From Syntrophales bacterium (GTDB lineage: Bacteria > Desulfobacterota > Syntrophia > Syntrophales > UBA6807): 64,000 nucleotides of DNA. Location: contig JAXGPA010000001.1 of assembly GCA_040767195.1 (NCBI GenBank), positions 800,001-864,000 of the forward strand. Direction: 5' to 3'. Below are positions 28,358 to 38,412 of this stretch, one piece after another (the first letter of the stretch is position 1; the number at the start of each line of letters is the position of its first letter). The position numbers and the translations under genes were made by a program. The notes under the pieces were generated by a model. That model did not search any database. It was not told the DNA's origin and worked only from the letters and a program-made list of their open reading frames with translations.

Positions 28358-31300
28358 TCAGGCACCCTCCTTTTCCGGTGGCTGTTCGACAGCGCCCGGC
28401 TCGACTGTCCGGGCCCGGGCGTTCTCCCGACCCTTCGATCCCGGAGCGCGGACTTTCGTGCTTTCCAGGAGATAGAAAAAGAGGGGGATGAAGAAAATGG
28501 CGATGAGGGTGGCGCCGAGCATGCCCCCGATCACCCCCGTGCCGATGGAATGGCGGCTGTTGGCCGAGGCGCCCGTCGCGAGGGCGAGAGGCACGCAGCC
28601 GAGAATGAAGGCAAGGGACGTCATCACGATGGGGCGCAGCCTCATGCGGGCGGCGGAGACGGCGGCGTCGTAAACAGAGGCGCCCTCCTGGAGCTTCAGG
28701 ACGGCGAACTCGAAGATGAGGATGGCATTTTTCGCGGCCAGTGCAATGAGTGTGATCAACCCGATCTGGAAATAAACGTCGTTCTCGATACCCCTGAGCG
28801 CGATGGACAGGAGGGCCCCGAAAAGGGCGAAGGGAACGGCCAGAACGACACCGAACGGCAGCGACCACTTCTCGTACTGGGCGGCCAAAATGAGAAAAAC
28901 CATGACGAGCCCGAAGATAAAAACGACAACCGACGTTCCACCAGCCTTTTTTTCCTCGTAAGATTGGCCGCTCCAGGCGTAGGAAAAATCCGCCGGCAGA
29001 ACCTGGACGGCCACCCGTTCCATGGCCTCTATGGCCTGGCCGGTGCTGTAGCCGGAAGCGGCACCCCCGATAATCTTGGCGGCGGGAAAGTTGTTGAACC
29101 GGGTGATCAGGTCCGGTCCCGCGACGTAGCGCCTCGTGATGACCGACTTGAGAGGAACCATGTTGTTGTTTTTCGAACGCACGTAGGCCTTTTCTATGTC
29201 TTCCGGTTTGGAGCGGTATTGGGGCTCCGCCTGCAGAATGACCTGCCACAGGCGGCTGAACTTGCTGAACTGGCTGACATACATGGACCCGAACAGGATC
29301 TGGAGGGTGTTGTAGACATCCTCCACGGGGACGCCCAGCATCTCCGATTTTTCCACGTCCACATCGACCATCAGCTGTTGCGAGTGCGCGTTCATGAGGG
29401 TATTGACCCCCTGCAGCTCAGGCTGACGTTTCGCCACGGCGATAAAGGACCGGGTCACCTCTTCAAGCTTGTCCGTTCCCCCGGAGCCGGTGTTCTGAAT
29501 CCAGAATTCGAAACCCGCCGTCGTTCCGAGTCCCGGGATGGAGGGCGGGTTCACCGGCAGGACAATGCCTTCACGGTGCTTCATGAGCTGCATGCCCGTC
29601 GCCCTCACGACTGCTGGAGCCTGCAGCGCCTTTTCCGATCGTTCCTCATAATCCTTCAGGGAAATGAACAGGGTGCCCGCATTGGTCTTCAACTGCCCGT
29701 CCATGAGGCTGTAGCCGTCCACCTCGACGACGTCCTGAACGGCAGGGTGCCCGGAGAATATCATGCCCGCGGCCCGATCCAGTTTCTGGGCCCGGTCAAG
29801 ACTGGCGGCGTCGGGGAGAAAGCTCACCCCCAGGAGGTACCCCTGGTCCTCCGAGGGAACGAAGCTTGTCGGTATCCTGTGAAAGAGGGCGACTGTCGCG
29901 GCAATCATGACGACGACGAAGAGAAGGGACACGAAAGCCCGCCTGATGACGAGCCGGACCACCCGGATGTAGCCTTCCACAAGGCGGTTGAACCCCTTTT
30001 CGAACCAGACAAAGAACCTGTTCTTTTTGTCATCCCCGTGCGTGAGAAGGATGGCGGCCATCGCCGGGGACAGGGTCAGGGCGACGATCCCGGAAAGAAC
30101 GACGGAGATGGCGATGGTTACGGCGAACTGCTTGTAGAGCTGTCCCGTCATCCCCCCCAGAAACGCGACGGGGACGAAAACGGCGCAAAGGACCAGGACA
30201 ATGGCGACAACGGGACCGGTCACCTCCCCCATGGCTTTTTTCGCCGCGTCTTTCGGGGTGAGATTGAACTCGGTCATGTTACGCTCGACGTTCTCAATAA
30301 CGACGATGGCGTCGTCGACCACGATGCCGATGGCGAGAACCATGCCGAAGAGGGTCAGCATGTTGATGGAAAAGCCGAAGAGGGTCATGCCGATGAAGGT
30401 CCCGATGATGGATACGGGAATCGCCATGATGGGAACGACCGTCGCCCGGACGCTCTGAAGAAACAGGTAGACCACGAGCACGACCAGGAGGCACGCCTCG
30501 AAGAAAGTGATGAGGACTTCCTCGATCGACGCCCGGACGAACTTGGTCGTGTCCATGGCGATCTTGTACTCGATGCCGTCGGGGAAATCCTTGCTCATCT
30601 CCTCCAGGGTCCGGGTCACCTGGCTGGACACGTCGAGGGCGTTGGCGCCCGGCTGCTGGTAGACGGCGATGGGGGTGGCCGTTTTACCGTTGAGCCGTGT
30701 GCGGATCGAGTAATCCCGCAAGGCCAGTTCGGCCCGCCCGATGTCTTTCAGGCGGACGATGGCAGCGCCTTCCCGGTCCGTTCGCAGGATAATGTTTTCG
30801 AATTCTTCGGGCTCCACGAACCGGCCCCTGGTCGTGACGGAAAACGTCTGTTCCACCGGGCCATCGGTGGGGGACTGTCCGATCTTGCCGACGGCGTACT
30901 GCTGGTTCTGCCTCTTCACGGCATTGGCCACGTCGGTGGCGTTGATCCCGAGCTGGGCCATGCGGTCCGGCTTCAGCCAGATGCGCATGGCATAGTCGGG
31001 CAGTCCCAGGATGGCCGTCTGGCTGGCGCCCGGTATGCGCTTCAAGGCATCCAGAACGTGGAGATTGGCGTAGTTGGCCACGTAGGTTTCGTCATAGCGG
31101 TCGTTGGGGGAGTAAATGCCGATAACCATGAGGAAAGTGCTTGATTTCTTGCTGACCTGAACTCCCAGGTCCGTGACCGATGAGGGCAGCAGCGGCAAGG
31201 CCTGGTTCACCCGGTTCTGAACGTCCACCTGGGCCAGATCGGGGTCGGTCCCGATGTTGAAGAAAACGGTGAGGGTCATGTTGCCGGTGCTGGCGCTCGT

Positions 31301-31543
31301 CGAGGACATGTAGATCATGTTGTCCGCGCCATTCACCTGCTGCTCTATGGGTGCGGCCACGTTGTCGGAGATCACGTCGGCGCTCGCCCCCGGGTAACTG
31401 GCCGAAACGGTGACCTGGGGTGGCGTTATGTCCGGATACTGGGCGATAGGAAGGTTGTACATGGCCACAAGGCCCGCGATGACGATAATGATGGAAATGA
31501 CGGAAGCGAAGATGGGGCGGTCGATGAAGAAATGGGAGAACAT
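28358..31543 (-). CDS. RND efflux permease (HAE1, AcrB/MexB family)
   Basis: FIDRPIFASV, GIVVDDAIVVIENVER, LAAKNAILI, RLRPIVMTSLAF. Confidence 0.97.
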   Translation of the reverse strand: MFSHFFIDRPIFASVISIIIVIAGLVAMYNLPIAQYPDITPPQVTVSASYPGASADVISDNVAAPIEQQVNGADNMIYMSSTSASTGNMTLTVFFNIGTDPDLAQVDVQNRVNQALPLLPSSVTDLGVQVSKKSSTFLMVIGIYSPNDRYDETYVANYANLHVLDALKRIPGASQTAILGLPDYAMRIWLKPDRMAQLGINATDVANAVKRQNQQYAVGKIGQSPTDGPVEQTFSVTTRGRFVEPEEFENIILRTDREGAAIVRLKDIGRAELALRDYSIRTRLNGKTATPIAVYQQPGANALDVSSQVTRTLEEMSKDFPDGIEYKIAMDTTKFVRASIEEVLITFFEACLLVVLVVYLFLQSVRATVVPIMAIPVSIIGTFIGMTLFGFSINMLTLFGMVLAIGIVVDDAIVVIENVERNMTEFNLTPKDAAKKAMGEVTGPVVAIVLVLCAVFVPVAFLGGMTGQLYKQFAVTIAISVVLSGIVALTLSPAMAAILLTHGDDKKNRFFVWFEKGFNRLVEGYIRVVRLVIRRAFVSLLFVVVMIAATVALFHRIPTSFVPSEDQGYLLGVSFLPDAASLDRAQKLDRAAGMIFSGHPAVQDVVEVDGYSLMDGQLKTNAGTLFISLKDYEERSEKALQAPAVVRATGMQLMKHREGIVLPVNPPSIPGLGTTAGFEFWIQNTGSGGTDKLEEVTRSFIAVAKRQPELQGVNTLMNAHSQQLMVDVDVEKSEMLGVPVEDVYNTLQILFGSMYVSQFSKFSRLWQVILQAEPQYRSKPEDIEKAYVRSKNNNMVPLKSVITRRYVAGPDLITRFNNFPAAKIIGGAASGYSTGQAIEAMERVAVQVLPADFSYAWSGQSYEEKKAGGTSVVVFIFGLVMVFLILAAQYEKWSLPFGVVLAVPFALFGALLSIALRGIENDVYFQIGLITLIALAAKNAILIFEFAVLKLQEGASVYDAAVSAARMRLRPIVMTSLAFILGCVPLALATGASANSRHSIGTGVIGGMLGATLIAIFFIPLFFYLLESTKVRAPGSKGRENARARTVEPGAVEQPPEKEGA

Positions 31544-31557
31544 GGGGGGTCCTCCCT

Positions 31558-32808
31558 TTACCGGCCCGGGCTGGTGCCGGCGGCGGCCGGCGGGGCTTTA
31601 CCGTTCTGTCCGGAGGGCGTTCCCGTCGTTCCGGCTTTCGCTGACGGCTCGGCGATTCTGACAGGAACACCGGGCGCGAGGCGGATCAGGTTGTCGATGA
31701 TGACCTTATCACCGGCCTTGAGGCCTTCGGAGATGAATACACTGTCGCCGTGCCACTCTCCGATGACGACACCGCGAAACTCCACCTTGCCTTCCTCGTC
31801 GACAACCCAGGTAAAATGCCCCTTGGCTCCCTGCATGACGGCGCTGCGCGGCACCAGGACGGCATCGGGACGGATGGCGCCCTTCAGAAACACCCGGGCG
31901 AACTCCCCCGGTCGAAGGAAACCGGGAACCGTCAGCGGGTTGTCGATCTCCGCCCTCACTTCAAAGGTCCCGGTCTTCTGGCTGTAAGAAGGGTCGGCAA
32001 AATTCAGGCGCCCGCGGTTCGGAAAGATCGTCCCGTCGGCCAGCATGAGCTCGACCTCGTAATTTCCCTTCGGGGGCTCCCTGAACGTCCCTTTCGCGAC
32101 GGCCTCCCGGAGCCTGAGATTTTCGTTCTCGGAAACGCTGAAGGTGATCCAGATGGGATCGAGTTTCGCCACATAGCTCAGGAGGCTGTCGCTTCCCACG
32201 GAAATATAACTGCCTTCCTGCCTTTGAGCCCTGCCGGCGTACCCGTCTATGGGCGATTTGATGGTCGTATAACCGAGATTCAGCTCGGCATCTCGGACTT
32301 TCCCCCGGGCGGACAGGACGGCGGCGCGGCTGGTTCGTTCCTGTCCCACGGCATCGTCGAGATCTTTCTGGCTCACGGCATTTTTTTCCGCCAGGGGACG
32401 GATCCTGTTCAGGTTCGCCACAGCCGTCTCCAGTTTCGCTTCCTGTTGAGCCAGTTCGCCGAGGGCCTGCTGCAGGGCCGCCTCGAAAGGACGGCGGTCG
32501 ATTTGAAACATGACCTGCCCGGCCTTTACCCTGCCTCCTTCCTCATAGCTTATCTTTTCCAGAAACCCGGCCACCCGGGAGCGGATCTCGACCTCGTGGG
32601 AGCTCTCCGTGGTCCCGACGAATTCAATGGAAACGGGAACGTCCCTCGTTGCGATTTCGAGGACGGTCACATCGACCGGTCCCGCCGGTGGTGCCGCTTT
32701 TTGCTCACCACCGCACGCGACAAGGAAAGCCATCATGGGGACGGCCAGAAAAAGGGCGAGGAGCGTGCGGATAGAAATCCTGGATATAAGGGGTTCGAAA
32801 AACTGCAT
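31558..32808 (-). CDS. RND efflux periplasmic adaptor (MFP)
   Basis: Lipobox LVAC, VEIRSRVAGFL, LGYTTIKSPIDG, LRPGEFARV; start probably ATG 32808 (GGAGGT SD). Confidence 0.95.
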   Translation of the reverse strand: MQFFEPLISRISIRTLLALFLAVPMMAFLVACGGEQKAAPPAGPVDVTVLEIATRDVPVSIEFVGTTESSHEVEIRSRVAGFLEKISYEEGGRVKAGQVMFQIDRRPFEAALQQALGELAQQEAKLETAVANLNRIRPLAEKNAVSQKDLDDAVGQERTSRAAVLSARGKVRDAELNLGYTTIKSPIDGYAGRAQRQEGSYISVGSDSLLSYVAKLDPIWITFSVSENENLRLREAVAKGTFREPPKGNYEVELMLADGTIFPNRGRLNFADPSYSQKTGTFEVRAEIDNPLTVPGFLRPGEFARVFLKGAIRPDAVLVPRSAVMQGAKGHFTWVVDEEGKVEFRGVVIGEWHGDSVFISEGLKAGDKVIIDNLIRLAPGVPVRIAEPSAKAGTTGTPSGQNGKAPPAAAGTSPGR

Positions 32809-33100
32809 CCCACCGACCTCCGAACAAAAATGATCAGGTTTTTCATGTCCGGAATACAACCGGATCACATGGCTCCCCGCTTGAGAATAAAGAAACCTTG
32901 AAAGCGATTGCGTTGCGATTTATCTACATCACTTGAAGGAGCCTGTCAATGAACATCAGGGCCGGGAAAGCCGCTCTCCAGAAGAGCCGGTTCACCGCCG
33001 CGGCGATCCGGCGTCCCCTCGGAAGACCGAATCGTCGATGACCGCGCCCTTGATCTTTCAAAAACGGCGTGTTAGGAATTGAGAAAAAAAAGGAGGGTTT

Positions 33101-33547
33101 ATGCGAGTCCGCGTATCGGCAGTCTATGAGCAGGAAAACAAAATCCTCTCCATGAAATATATCTACGGCGGCAAGAACGTTTTCTCCATCCCCGGCGGGG
33201 GCGTGGACAAGGACATCCCCCTCCGGGAAGCCATCGTCATGGAGTGGAAAAACGAGCTCGGCGTGAAGGTCGACGTGACTGACATCATCATGATCGGGGA
33301 AGCGCCGGGTACGAAAAGGCACCCCCAGACGCTCCATGTCGTCTTCGAGGCCACGGCCGTTCACGGGACGCCCAAGGTGCGGCCGGATCACACCCATTCC
33401 ATCGACATCGCCTGGGTTCCCATCTCCAAGCTGAACAGCACGCCGCTCTACCCCGACATCGGAAAGCAGCTCTTCGAATATTACCAGAGCAAGACAAGGC
33501 GGTCCGTCGAATTCATCGAAAACTGCATGGAACGCGGTTTCTGGTAG
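33101..33547 (+). CDS. Nudix-fold protein with degenerate Nudix box
   Basis: IPGGGVDKDIPLREAIVMEWKNELGV; AGGAGG SD. Confidence 0.8.
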   Translation: MRVRVSAVYEQENKILSMKYIYGGKNVFSIPGGGVDKDIPLREAIVMEWKNELGVKVDVTDIIMIGEAPGTKRHPQTLHVVFEATAVHGTPKVRPDHTHSIDIAWVPISKLNSTPLYPDIGKQLFEYYQSKTRRSVEFIENCMERGFW

Positions 33548-33555
33548 GAGGGGTC

Positions 33556-34449
33556 ATGATCATCGATCAAAAGGGACAAATCGGCGAAAACCTCTATTCC
33601 ATCGGATCGGCGGAACTTCCCGCCTGGCTCGTCACGGCGGAAAAAACGGCCCTCTTCGATGCGGGAATCACCATCATGGGGCCCCTGTACCTGGCGGACC
33701 TGGAATTTCATCTCGTGGATCCCCGGAGGCTCCAGCACCTTTTCCTCACCCATGCCCATTTCGATCATGCCGGCGCGGCCCCCTTCCTCAAGCGGAAGAT
33801 CCCCGGTCTCCAGATCGCCGCCAGCCGCCTGTCAGCGGACATCCTGGCCAAGCCCAACGCGGTGAAGCTGATCCAGAGCCTCAGCCGGGACTTCGAGGAC
33901 AAGTTCGCCCCCCTCATCCAGGGGCAGAACGTTTTCTTCGACGGCCTTTCGGTGGACCGGATCGTTGAGGACGGCGAGGAGATCGACCTGGGAAACGGCT
34001 GGGAATTCAGGGTCATGGCCACGCCGGGACACACCCGGGACGCCGTTTCCTACTACTTTCCCCGGGTCAAGGCCCTGATTCCCGGCGAGGCGGCGGGCGT
34101 TCTGGATTCCCAGTACAACATCCATCCCGAATTCCTGGCGAGCTACAACGATTACGAGCGGTCCCTGGAAAAACTGGCGGAACTCGACGTGGAAATCCTC
34201 ATGCTGCCCCACCAGTACGTCCTGACGGGCGAAGACGCCCGGGGCTATCTCAAGAAATCCCTCGACCGGACCCGGGAATTCAAGGAGAGGATCGTACGGC
34301 ACCTGGGCAGCTTCTCGGACAAACAGGAAGACGTCGTCCAGAAAATCTTCCGGGAGGATTATCTCGGCACCGGGGCCATCCAGCAGGACGAGAGGTCCTA
34401 CCTGATCAACCTGACCGCCAAGGTGAAGGCGGTGGCCGCGGGAAAATGA
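33556..34449 (+). CDS. MBL-fold metallo-hydrolase, PqsE-like
   Basis: THAHFDHAG, TPGHT, GEAAG, LPH. Confidence 0.85.
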   Translation: MIIDQKGQIGENLYSIGSAELPAWLVTAEKTALFDAGITIMGPLYLADLEFHLVDPRRLQHLFLTHAHFDHAGAAPFLKRKIPGLQIAASRLSADILAKPNAVKLIQSLSRDFEDKFAPLIQGQNVFFDGLSVDRIVEDGEEIDLGNGWEFRVMATPGHTRDAVSYYFPRVKALIPGEAAGVLDSQYNIHPEFLASYNDYERSLEKLAELDVEILMLPHQYVLTGEDARGYLKKSLDRTREFKERIVRHLGSFSDKQEDVVQKIFREDYLGTGAIQQDERSYLINLTAKVKAVAAGK

Positions 34450-34853
34450 TCGACGTCCCGCCCCTTCTCCTCAACGACCACTTCGCCCGGCACCTGAAGA
34501 TCCGGGTCCTGGAGGCGCGGCCCGGGCGCGCCCGGGTCGCCCTGGACGTGGAACCGCATCACTACAACGGCGTGGACATCCTGCACGGGGGCGTTATCTT
34601 TACGGTGGCCGACTATGCCTTCGCCATCGCCTGCAACCGTCACGACCAGGTCGCCGTGGCGGTCAACGCCAACATCTCCTACATCACGACGACGAAACGA
34701 AAGGTCCTCTTCGCCGAGGCGACGGAAATCACCCGGGGAGCCAAAATGGCCTCCTACGATGTCCGCGTCTTCGACGACGAGGACGTCATCGTGGCGAGCT
34801 TCCACGGCCTGGCCTACCTCAAGAAAAAGATGACCCTTGAAGAAAAATCCTGA
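34446..34853 (+). CDS. PaaI-family hotdog thioesterase
   Basis: HYNGVDILHGGVIFTVADYAFAIACN. Confidence 0.9.
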   Translation: MIDVPPLLLNDHFARHLKIRVLEARPGRARVALDVEPHHYNGVDILHGGVIFTVADYAFAIACNRHDQVAVAVNANISYITTTKRKVLFAEATEITRGAKMASYDVRVFDDEDVIVASFHGLAYLKKKMTLEEKS

Positions 34854-34859
34854 CAGGGG

Positions 34860-35756
34860 CTACGACAGGCCCTTGGCGACGTGCTTCACCATCTGCCGGA
34901 AGACCCCTGCCATGATGTCCGGGGAGACGAAATAATCGGGGCTCCTCTCGTAGAACCGGTCAGTCATGGCCCTGGCCGCGGCGTCCACGTCCTTTTTCTC
35001 CCTGAAGAGGGACGCCATCTCCGAGCGCATCTTCCGGGCTTCCTCGATCGCCGCGTCGACGAAGGTTTCCGCCTCTTCCCCGGCGACGAACCCGTAATGG
35101 TCGGCGCACAGGTAACGGACCGGCAGGCCCTTCAGTCTTTCCAGGTTTTTCTGATACTGGGTGTAATCCGAATTGCCCGACGGAAAGGCCGTGTTTTTGT
35201 AGGGAATCCCGACGGCATCGGAGGGAAAGAGGACCTTCATTTCCGGCTCGTAGGCCGTGATGGAGCAGGACGAATGGCCGGGCGTTTCCAGAATCGTGAG
35301 GGTTGCCGTTCCCAGGTCGATCCGGTCCCCTTCGGAAAGGACGGTCCCTGAAACGTCGTCCCGCCAGTCCACATCGAACCCCGCCAGCGCCTCCTCCGCC
35401 CCCATGTGCCGGGCCACGAGCCCGCTGAAGGTATTGGCTGTCTCGACGGCCTTGGGCATCTTCAGAATATCCCAGGCCCGCCGGGAGGCGCATACCTCGA
35501 TGGCCGGCCATGTCCGCTTGAAATAGGGAACGATGCCCACATGATCGAAATGGGAGTGAAGAATGACGATCTTTCTTATTTTACCGGGATCGATTCGGAA
35601 GGTCTTCATCTGCTCCAGGACGTCGGGCAGGATGAGGGCGATCCCGCCGTTCAGCATGACCGAACCGTCCCGGCCCTCCAGGATGTAGACCCCCGATTCT
35701 TTCCGGCCCAGGTACCAGAGATTCTCCGCCACTTTTCCCGCCTTTCGGATTCTCAT
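34860..35756 (-). CDS. MBL-fold metallo-hydrolase, PqsE-like (paralog of 33556..34449)
   Basis: LHSHFDHVG, TPGHS, SDAVG, ADH. Confidence 0.85.
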   Translation of the reverse strand: MRIRKAGKVAENLWYLGRKESGVYILEGRDGSVMLNGGIALILPDVLEQMKTFRIDPGKIRKIVILHSHFDHVGIVPYFKRTWPAIEVCASRRAWDILKMPKAVETANTFSGLVARHMGAEEALAGFDVDWRDDVSGTVLSEGDRIDLGTATLTILETPGHSSCSITAYEPEMKVLFPSDAVGIPYKNTAFPSGNSDYTQYQKNLERLKGLPVRYLCADHYGFVAGEEAETFVDAAIEEARKMRSEMASLFREKKDVDAAARAMTDRFYERSPDYFVSPDIMAGVFRQMVKHVAKGLS

Positions 35757-35953
35757 GAAAACCTCCCCCGCCCGTACGGGCGTTCTTTAAGTCCGCTCAT
35801 CTTAAGGGATCGCCCCGGAAAAGATCAAGGGGAAGTTCTCGTGGAAAATGGCTTACGTCTGTGGTACCTTATGGCCGTTTCAGGGGGTTTGACGGTATTT
35901 CATCGCTCATAGGGATGGGATACCGGGAGAACAAAAAAAGAACAGGAGGGAAC

Positions 35954-37972
35954 ATGGAGCCGTTGAAAAGTCTGGACGCCGTCTTCAAGCCGAAAAGCGT
36001 CGCCCTGATCGGGGCCTCCACCGCACCGGGAAAGCTCGGGTACGACATCCTTTACAATCTCATAAACGCAGGGTTCACCGGCCCCATCTACCCCATCAAC
36101 CCGAAAGCCGACGAGATCCTCGGGCTCAAGGTCTACAAGGACATCGCGTCGACGCCCGCGCCGGCGGACCTGGCCGTGGTGGTCATTCCCGCGAGATTCG
36201 TGCCCGGCACCCTCGAGCAGTGCGGGAAGGCGGGGGTGAAGGCCGCCGTCGTCGTCACGGGGGGATTCGCCGAAGCGGGTGAGGACGGGGAAATCCTCCA
36301 GAAAGAACTGGCCGACACGGCAAAAAAATACGGCATCCGGGTTATCGGGCCGAACTGCCAGGGGGTCAACCACCCCCATCACAACCTGTGCGCTTCCTGG
36401 CCCCTTCTCACCACCCGGGGAGGCATGGCCTTCATCGCCCAGAGCGGCACCGTGGGCGCCGCCCTCATGGACTGGGCGAGCGAGGACCATCTCGGCGTGA
36501 GCGTCTTCGTAAGCCTGGGAAACCGGGCGGACGTGGACGAATCGGACTGCATCCGGTATTTCAACGAAGACCCGAACACGAGCGTCATCGCCCTTTACGT
36601 GGAAGGGGTGAAGCGTCCCGAGGTCTTTCTCGAATCCCTGGCCCAGGCGAAAAAACCCGTGGTCGTCCTCAAGGCGGGGCGGACCGCCCGGGGCCGGGTG
36701 GCCGCGGAAAGCCACACCAAGTCGCTCGCCGGATCGGACGAGATCTACGGCGCCATCTTCCGGAAATACCGGGTCCACCGGGCGGAAAACCTGGAAGAGC
36801 TTTACGACTTCGCCAAGATCCTCTCGAACATGACAAAACCCCCGGGCCGGCGGATTCTCAACATCTCGAGTTCCGGCGGGGCCGCCATCCTGGCCATCGA
36901 CGAGGCGGAAAAATGGGGACTCGACGCCCCGCCGCCGACCCAGGCCCTGAAAGACCGCCTCCGGGCGTTTCTGCCCGCCCACTGCGGGGTGAGCAACCCC
37001 ATCGACCTCACCGGCGACGCCATTTCCGACCCGAGCCTCTACGCCCGGGTCATCGAAACCTCCCGTGGGGAATACGACATCATGGCGGTCATCTTCGGCG
37101 ACCCCATCCACGGGGCCTCCAAGATGGTCACGAATTCGGAACTGGTCATCTTCTGCGGCGGCGCCGACGTGGAGCGGGAGGAAAAGATCCTCATGCACAA
37201 GAAGGGCATCCCCGTGTTCCCCACGCCGGAGCGGGGCGTCCGGGCCCTCGGCCAGTTCTTCCTCTTCGATGAAAAGGAGGAAAAACCCGCCGAGCCGGCC
37301 GTACCCCACAGCGGCAGGAGCCTCCGTCTCATGCCGGCGGGGGAGGCCGTCGACCTTCTGAAAGCCTATGGAATTCCCGCCGTGGAAGCCCCGCTGGCCG
37401 CCTCGGCGGACGAGGCCGTCCATCTCTTCCATAAAGCCGGGGGTCCCGTGGTTCTCAAGGTGTCCTCCGCCCAGGTCTCCCACAAGAGCGACCTGGGCGG
37501 CGTCCGCCTCAACCTGGCCACCGATGAAGAGGTCCGGAAAGCCTACGGGGACATCCTGTCGTCGATCGGGAAACACCTCCCCGGGACGGACGTGGAGGGC
37601 GTCACCGTCTCGCCCATGGCGACGCCGGGGACGGAGGTCATTTTAGGCGTCATCAACGACCCCCAGTACGGGCATGCCCTCATGTTCGGCCTCGGGGGGA
37701 TTTTCACGGAAGTGTACCGGGATGTCCAGTTCTGCCTCCTCCCGGCGGAGGAAAAGGAATTTCTCCGGATCATCGAGAGCATCCGGGGATATCCCGTCCT
37801 CGCGGGGATCCGGGGGCAGAAACGGAAGGACACGGCCGCCCTGGTGAATGCCATGAAGGGGCTTTCCCGGCTCGTCCAGGATCACCGGACCATCGACCAG
37901 ATCGATCTCAACCCGGTGATCGTCTACGAAAAGGGGATCGCCGCCGTGGATTACCGGATCTACACGGGGTGA
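35954..37972 (+). CDS. ADP-forming acyl-CoA synthetase (fused alpha-beta, acetate--CoA ligase family)
   Basis: CoA-binding PKSVALIGAS, GPNCQG, QSG, phospho-His in ESHTKSLAGS, NPIDLTGDA; ATP-grasp PVVLK..HKSDLGGV, DLNP. Confidence 0.92.
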   Translation: MEPLKSLDAVFKPKSVALIGASTAPGKLGYDILYNLINAGFTGPIYPINPKADEILGLKVYKDIASTPAPADLAVVVIPARFVPGTLEQCGKAGVKAAVVVTGGFAEAGEDGEILQKELADTAKKYGIRVIGPNCQGVNHPHHNLCASWPLLTTRGGMAFIAQSGTVGAALMDWASEDHLGVSVFVSLGNRADVDESDCIRYFNEDPNTSVIALYVEGVKRPEVFLESLAQAKKPVVVLKAGRTARGRVAAESHTKSLAGSDEIYGAIFRKYRVHRAENLEELYDFAKILSNMTKPPGRRILNISSSGGAAILAIDEAEKWGLDAPPPTQALKDRLRAFLPAHCGVSNPIDLTGDAISDPSLYARVIETSRGEYDIMAVIFGDPIHGASKMVTNSELVIFCGGADVEREEKILMHKKGIPVFPTPERGVRALGQFFLFDEKEEKPAEPAVPHSGRSLRLMPAGEAVDLLKAYGIPAVEAPLAASADEAVHLFHKAGGPVVLKVSSAQVSHKSDLGGVRLNLATDEEVRKAYGDILSSIGKHLPGTDVEGVTVSPMATPGTEVILGVINDPQYGHALMFGLGGIFTEVYRDVQFCLLPAEEKEFLRIIESIRGYPVLAGIRGQKRKDTAALVNAMKGLSRLVQDHRTIDQIDLNPVIVYEKGIAAVDYRIYTG

Positions 37973-38004
37973 GACGGCAACGCCAATAAGCCTTCGGAGG
38001 ACGC

Positions 38005-38412
38005 ATGTATACGGGAACGGTTCAGATCACGCTCCTGGTCACCGATGTGGCCCGGAGCGTGGAATTCTACACGGAGGTTCTGGGATTCGGATTCAGCGGT
38101 TTCTGGGACGGGAAGACCCGGGAAATCGTCGATCGCTGGACCGACGAACTGGCGCCTGAATATGCCGAGGTTTTCGCCGGCGAAAATCCCGTGGGTCTCC
38201 GCAAGGCGGGGCGGATCGTCACGGCCGGGACGGCGGAGTGCTCCCTCGAAGTTCAGGATGTGCGGCGTATCCATGCGTCCGCCCTTCGCATGGGCTTCGA
38301 TGTTCCCGAGCCGGAGGACCAGCCCTGGAACGCCCGGACCCTTTCCATCCGGGACCCCGACGGATACCTGTGGCATTTCATCGAGAAAAAGGAGGCGGAC
38401 ACCCCGTCATGA
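38005..38412 (+). CDS. VOC/glyoxalase family protein
   Basis: LLVTDVARSVEFYTEVLGF...PEDQPWNARTLSIRDPDGY. Confidence 0.9.
   Translation: MYTGTVQITLLVTDVARSVEFYTEVLGFGFSGFWDGKTREIVDRWTDELAPEYAEVFAGENPVGLRKAGRIVTAGTAECSLEVQDVRRIHASALRMGFDVPEPEDQPWNARTLSIRDPDGYLWHFIEKKEADTPS

Noticed and set aside
28319..31144. 941-aa ORF antisense to the RND permease, and similar long antisense ORFs (2147..3871, 12564..14576, 20505..22097, 35900..37576, 43167..44816)
   Set aside because: Shadow frames of GC-rich genes, with no recognisable motifs and near-complete overlap with well-supported genes on the other strand.
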